Shown here: one piece after another, positions 61,166 to 64,000 of the stretch
Layout: each line of letters opens with the position of its first letter
How positions within the stretch are numbered: the stretch's first letter is position 1
From: an uncultured bacterium
GTDB lineage: Bacteria > Patescibacteriota > Patescibacteriia > Patescibacteriales > UBA12465
Direction: 5' to 3'
DNA length: 64,000 nt
Assembly (NCBI GenBank): GCA_938003925.1
Contig: CALKWQ010000022.1
Span: 90,278 to 154,277, forward strand
Notes under the pieces: generated by a model
Seen by the model: only the letters and a program-made list of their open reading frames with translations
Databases searched by the model: none
Told to the model about the DNA's origin: nothing
Translations under genes and position numbers: made by a program

Positions 61166-61684
61166 TCAGTAAGCAATTTGAGTAATATTTTCACAGCCTG
61201 GCGGAATAACGCAGGGCTTAGCTTCACCTATAGATGGCATGCAATTAATAAATTGGGGGCAAGAATCAATAGCTGGCTGCTCAGCTTCTGGTAAGCGGGC
61301 AGCTAAATCTGCCAATAATTGTTCTGGCGTGACCGTAGCCACAGCTGGAGACCCTGTTTCTACCACAGGAGAAGGGGAGGCTTCTCGAGCCGCTAGATTA
61401 TCAGCCATGTCCTGTAAAAAATCTTCGCCGTTACCACTAGCTGTAGCCTGATTCTCTAAACTGGCCTGCAAGGAGCTAAAAGTATCAGTGAATTCTTGCT
61501 GCCAATCATCATTCACTTCCGCGGGCTGGCCCTGAGCGGCAGTAGAACGAGTAGAGGTAAAGGAGTCGCTGAGATTAAATAACCAAAAGACAATAATTAT
61601 CAACGAAAAGAAACTAACCCCTAACTTTAACATTAAGAGTTTTTTAGCTTCTGCAACTGAATTATCTGTGGGCAAAGAAGGCAT
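61166..61684 (-). CDS. hypothetical N-terminally anchored protein
   Basis: TM helix [12 protein letters not shown], an acidic low-complexity middle and the C-terminal Cys motif [23 protein letters not shown]. It is packed between ndk and gyrA. Confidence 0.5.
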   Translation of the reverse strand: MPSLPTDNSVAEAKKLLMLKLGVSFFSLIIIVFWLFNLSDSFTSTRSTAAQGQPAEVNDDWQQEFTDTFSSLQASLENQATASGNGEDFLQDMADNLAAREASPSPVVETGSPAVATVTPEQLLADLAARLPEAEQPAIDSCPQFINCMPSIGEAKPCVIPPGCENITQIAY

Positions 61685-61689
61685 AGTTC

Positions 61690-62295
61690 TTATTCCTTAA
61701 TTCCATCTAAATTAACATCGTATAAAATTTGCTCAGCCACCAACTTATAACTAACTAATGCTTCCGGTTTAAACCAGAGGGATATCTCTCGCTGTGCTTC
61801 ATCTACTTGATCCGAACAATGCACTAAGTTGCGTACTGCCCGCTCATCACGATTAGCTAATTCGTAAGAATCAAGAGTTAAGTCACCGCGAATAGTGCCA
61901 ACATCTGAAGTAGTGGGCTCAGTGCCACCAACAATTTTTTTAACTACCGATACCGCCTGATTACCCTCCCAAACCATGGGAACCACTGGACCGCAACTCA
62001 TAAATTTCACCAAGGCGCGTATAATATCTTTACCATATTCAACCGCCTCTTTATCTACCACCATGCCTAAATCCTGGCGATTCTTAACGGTCATCTCACC
62101 CTTCTTTTGAAACCAAGCCTCATCTTTATTGTAATGGGACCACAACAAATCTTCTGCAGCAATCACAAAATCCATAGCCACCAACTTTAAACCAGCGGCT
62201 TCAAAACGTTTAATGGTTTCACCAATTAAACCACGTTGAACCGTGTCTGGTTTTAAAATCACAAAAGTTCTTTCTTTCTTAGGGTGAGGCATCAT
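61690..62295 (-). CDS. ndk: nucleoside diphosphate kinase (long form)
   Basis: ERTFVILKPDTVQRGLIGETIKRFE, GTIRGD and NLVHCSD (the canonical motif is NxxHGSD). It is ~200 aa, whereas the usual size is ~140 aa. The ATG at 62295 is preferred over the track TTG at 62313. Confidence 0.8.
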   Translation of the reverse strand: MMPHPKKERTFVILKPDTVQRGLIGETIKRFEAAGLKLVAMDFVIAAEDLLWSHYNKDEAWFQKKGEMTVKNRQDLGMVVDKEAVEYGKDIIRALVKFMSCGPVVPMVWEGNQAVSVVKKIVGGTEPTTSDVGTIRGDLTLDSYELANRDERAVRNLVHCSDQVDEAQREISLWFKPEALVSYKLVAEQILYDVNLDGIKE

Positions 62296-62390
62296 ATATT
62301 TACATGGCTGCAAGATTCAAAACTAACTAGACCAAATATATGATCTTATATCTTTGAATCTTCTTAAAAATTAAATTATCTATTTAGTTA

Positions 62391-63038
62391 TTAATATTTT
62401 AAAATCACTAATTCCATCTCTTCCTGAGGCAAGTCTTTCTTGCTGATTTTCAGTTTTTCTTCATAGGTAGGGGTTAAACCCATTTCTTTGATGAATTTAT
62501 CTACACCGTCAATATCATCCATTTTTAAGTCATCGGTCTTATAGTGCATAGGTATAATAATGCGAGGCTCAATTTGAGCAATCATCTCTACCGCCTGCTT
62601 AGCATCAAGTGTGTATTTGCCACCGACAGGAATTAGCAGAATATCGGTACCAGCTAACTTTTCTAGCTGAGAACTATCCAGAGACTGGCCCAAGTCACCT
62701 AAGTGCACTACAGAAATATCATCGATTTCTAGACGAAAGATAATATTACGACCGCGGTCAGCACCACTATTACCATCGTGAAAAGAGTCTACCCCTTCTA
62801 CTAGCACATTCTTAAAATCATATTCGCCAGCGCAATCAATCACAAAAGGATTACCCCTTAGCGCCTCTACATTATTATGATCGTCATGCTGATGAGAAAC
62901 GGTAACTATATCAGCTTCAAAGTTAGGAACTTTTAATCCCAAATGTTTTCCAAAAGGATCGGTCACGACGGTGACGCCATCCGGACCAATCTTATCTTGA
63001 AGTTTAAAGCAGGAATGTCCCAGCCAGGTTAAAATCAT
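62391..63038 (-). CDS. metallo-beta-lactamase-fold hydrolase (UPF0173-like)
   Basis: MILTWLGHSCFKL and VTVSHQHDDHNN (HxHxDH). Confidence 0.8.
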   Translation of the reverse strand: MILTWLGHSCFKLQDKIGPDGVTVVTDPFGKHLGLKVPNFEADIVTVSHQHDDHNNVEALRGNPFVIDCAGEYDFKNVLVEGVDSFHDGNSGADRGRNIIFRLEIDDISVVHLGDLGQSLDSSQLEKLAGTDILLIPVGGKYTLDAKQAVEMIAQIEPRIIIPMHYKTDDLKMDDIDGVDKFIKEMGLTPTYEEKLKISKKDLPQEEMELVILKY

Positions 63039-63142
63039 ATATTTAGTAACCGGCCGCTGACTAGCGTGCCGATATTTGACCGAAAATTAAAAAAATATTG
63101 AATGGCAATAACAATAAAAATAGGTCCTCCAACCTTGATTTT

Positions 63143-63171
63143 ATTATATCAAAGAGCGGGCCCTAGGTCAA
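63143..63171 (-). promoter_or_regulatory. sigma-70-type promoter upstream of the MBL-fold gene
   Basis: Minus strand TTGACC-17 nt-TATAAT, about 100 nt upstream of the ATG at 63038. Confidence 0.5.
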
Positions 63172-63191
63172 TTTTAAGCAATTAAACCAAG

Positions 63192-63230
63192 AAAAAACCC
63201 GCACTATCAACTTGCGTTAATAGGCGGGTT
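63192..63230 (-). terminator. intrinsic terminator after the 63247.. gene
   Basis: AACCCGC...GCGGGTT outer stem with an inner ctatcaac/gttaatag extension. The minus strand continues ttttttcttgg. Confidence 0.65.
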
Positions 63231-63246
63231 AGGAGGAAACAAAGTG

Positions 63247-64000
63247 CTAACGACCGATGCCGTAAATTTGGTCGTCCATGGGACGAACCTTGATGATCGG
63301 TACCCTATCGGGTGCGATTTCAAAGATCGCCAGCCGTTGGACTTTGGTTTTGTCGTCATAAAAATACCACACCAAATCACCAATCTGATCTATTCTAATT
63401 ACTTTGGAAGACCTTCCAGGCTTTAGGGCCTTCAGACGTTTATTCTGAGACCGGGGATACATCGTGGTATTCCCGGTATTTTTGAATCTGATTTCTTTCT
63501 GCATTAAAGTCTTAATGTCAAAGAAATCTTCATCGGTGATTACTATGGTGTCAGTTGCTGACATTACCATATACCCCACAGCTTGCTGAGCGAACATGAG
63601 CGAATGTCCACCCATTGCAGGAGCGGACACATCCTGATATTGACCAGCCACTTGAGCTGAGTCATCAGACAGCTTATAGAGCATCGTCAGTTCTATTAAG
63701 CCTGGCCTGACCATTTCTTTGGACAAAATCCTGTCCTTGGGTTTCATGGCCGAACCAGTAAAAACATTTCCGATGAATAAAATGTCTTTATTCGATGCAT
63801 TTTTAGCGGGTAACTTGAAAGTTGGGATGTCAGCCGATATCCCCTTAATAAAGTTCACTTGCCCCACTTCGGGTCGATAATTGTCGTTGCCACTGCTGGC
63901 AGCTGAAGAGTTTGATTGCCCATTGACCACATCTCTCTGATTGCCATCATTTTTCTTTTCAACTACTACGTCAGCAGTTAGCGATTCCGGAACTGTGAGC
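63247..64000 (-). CDS. hypothetical protein (5' end may lie beyond the right window edge)
   Basis: The track starts it at a GTG (63930), but I found the frame stays open to base 64000. No family recognised. Confidence 0.55.
   Translation of the reverse strand, partial: LTVPESLTADVVVEKKNDGNQRDVVNGQSNSSAASSGNDNYRPEVGQVNFIKGISADIPTFKLPAKNASNKDILFIGNVFTGSAMKPKDRILSKEMVRPGLIELTMLYKLSDDSAQVAGQYQDVSAPAMGGHSLMFAQQAVGYMVMSATDTIVITDEDFFDIKTLMQKEIRFKNTGNTTMYPRSQNKRLKALKPGRSSKVIRIDQIGDLVWYFYDDKTKVQRLAIFEIAPDRVPIIKVRPMDDQIYGIGR

Noticed and set aside
1-64000. CRISPR arrays, rRNA genes and an alternative genetic code (UGA recoding)
   Set aside because: I saw no regularly spaced direct repeats and no rRNA-like sequence. 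Long uninterrupted ORFs with strong family motifs are obtained with the standard code, and TGA is used as a stop (for example at 61166..61168).

Overview
This 64-kb chromosomal window has almost all of its genes on the minus strand. From gene content I infer a small-genome, anaerobic Patescibacteria/CPR-type bacterium: it has only a class III RNR (nrdR-nrdD-nrdG), plus ftsEX, ftsAZ, secDF, pilD, giant proteins with T4SS-pilin-like N-termini, and few Shine-Dalgarno motifs. No search or computation was possible; every call comes from motifs read by eye in the ORF track and in the DNA. The layout has four parts. (1) Bases 1-6560 form a visibly AT-richer accessory patch. It holds a TatC remnant, a peroxiredoxin, a DUF134/DUF5320 pair and a MarR plus MacB-like ABC exporter, and it ends at tRNA-Gln. 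It also contains duplicated terminator, tRNA 3' and prx 3' fragments that look like recombination or integration scars. (2) Bases 6660-28309 are core cell-envelope and division genes: an RlpA-PBP5 fusion with ftsEX, an FtsB-like gene, a GT2 synthase, a DnaQ-like exonuclease, a VirD4/TraD-like ATPase, the RNR operon, ftsAZ, pilD, a Wzy_C/TPR protein and secDF. (3) Bases 29093-43154 are a seven-gene, roughly 14-kb operon of exported, very cysteine-rich proteins. Two of them (891 and 1952 aa) begin with paralogous VirB2/TrbC-like pilin modules. This is my best candidate for an undescribed surface or host-attachment system. (4) Bases 43245-64000 are housekeeping genes: rel, rpsU, hisS, lepB, queA, ruvB, a helicase-nuclease, an M16 peptidase, radC, rmuC, gyrA and ndk. 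The second notable observation is that the glycyl-radical motif of the class III RNR sits on a separate 47-aa ORF, 103 nt downstream of nrdD and in another frame. I found no CRISPR array, rRNA, integrase, transposase or reverse transcriptase. Several track ORFs start at TTG or GTG, and I shortened them to ATG starts that abut the upstream gene.
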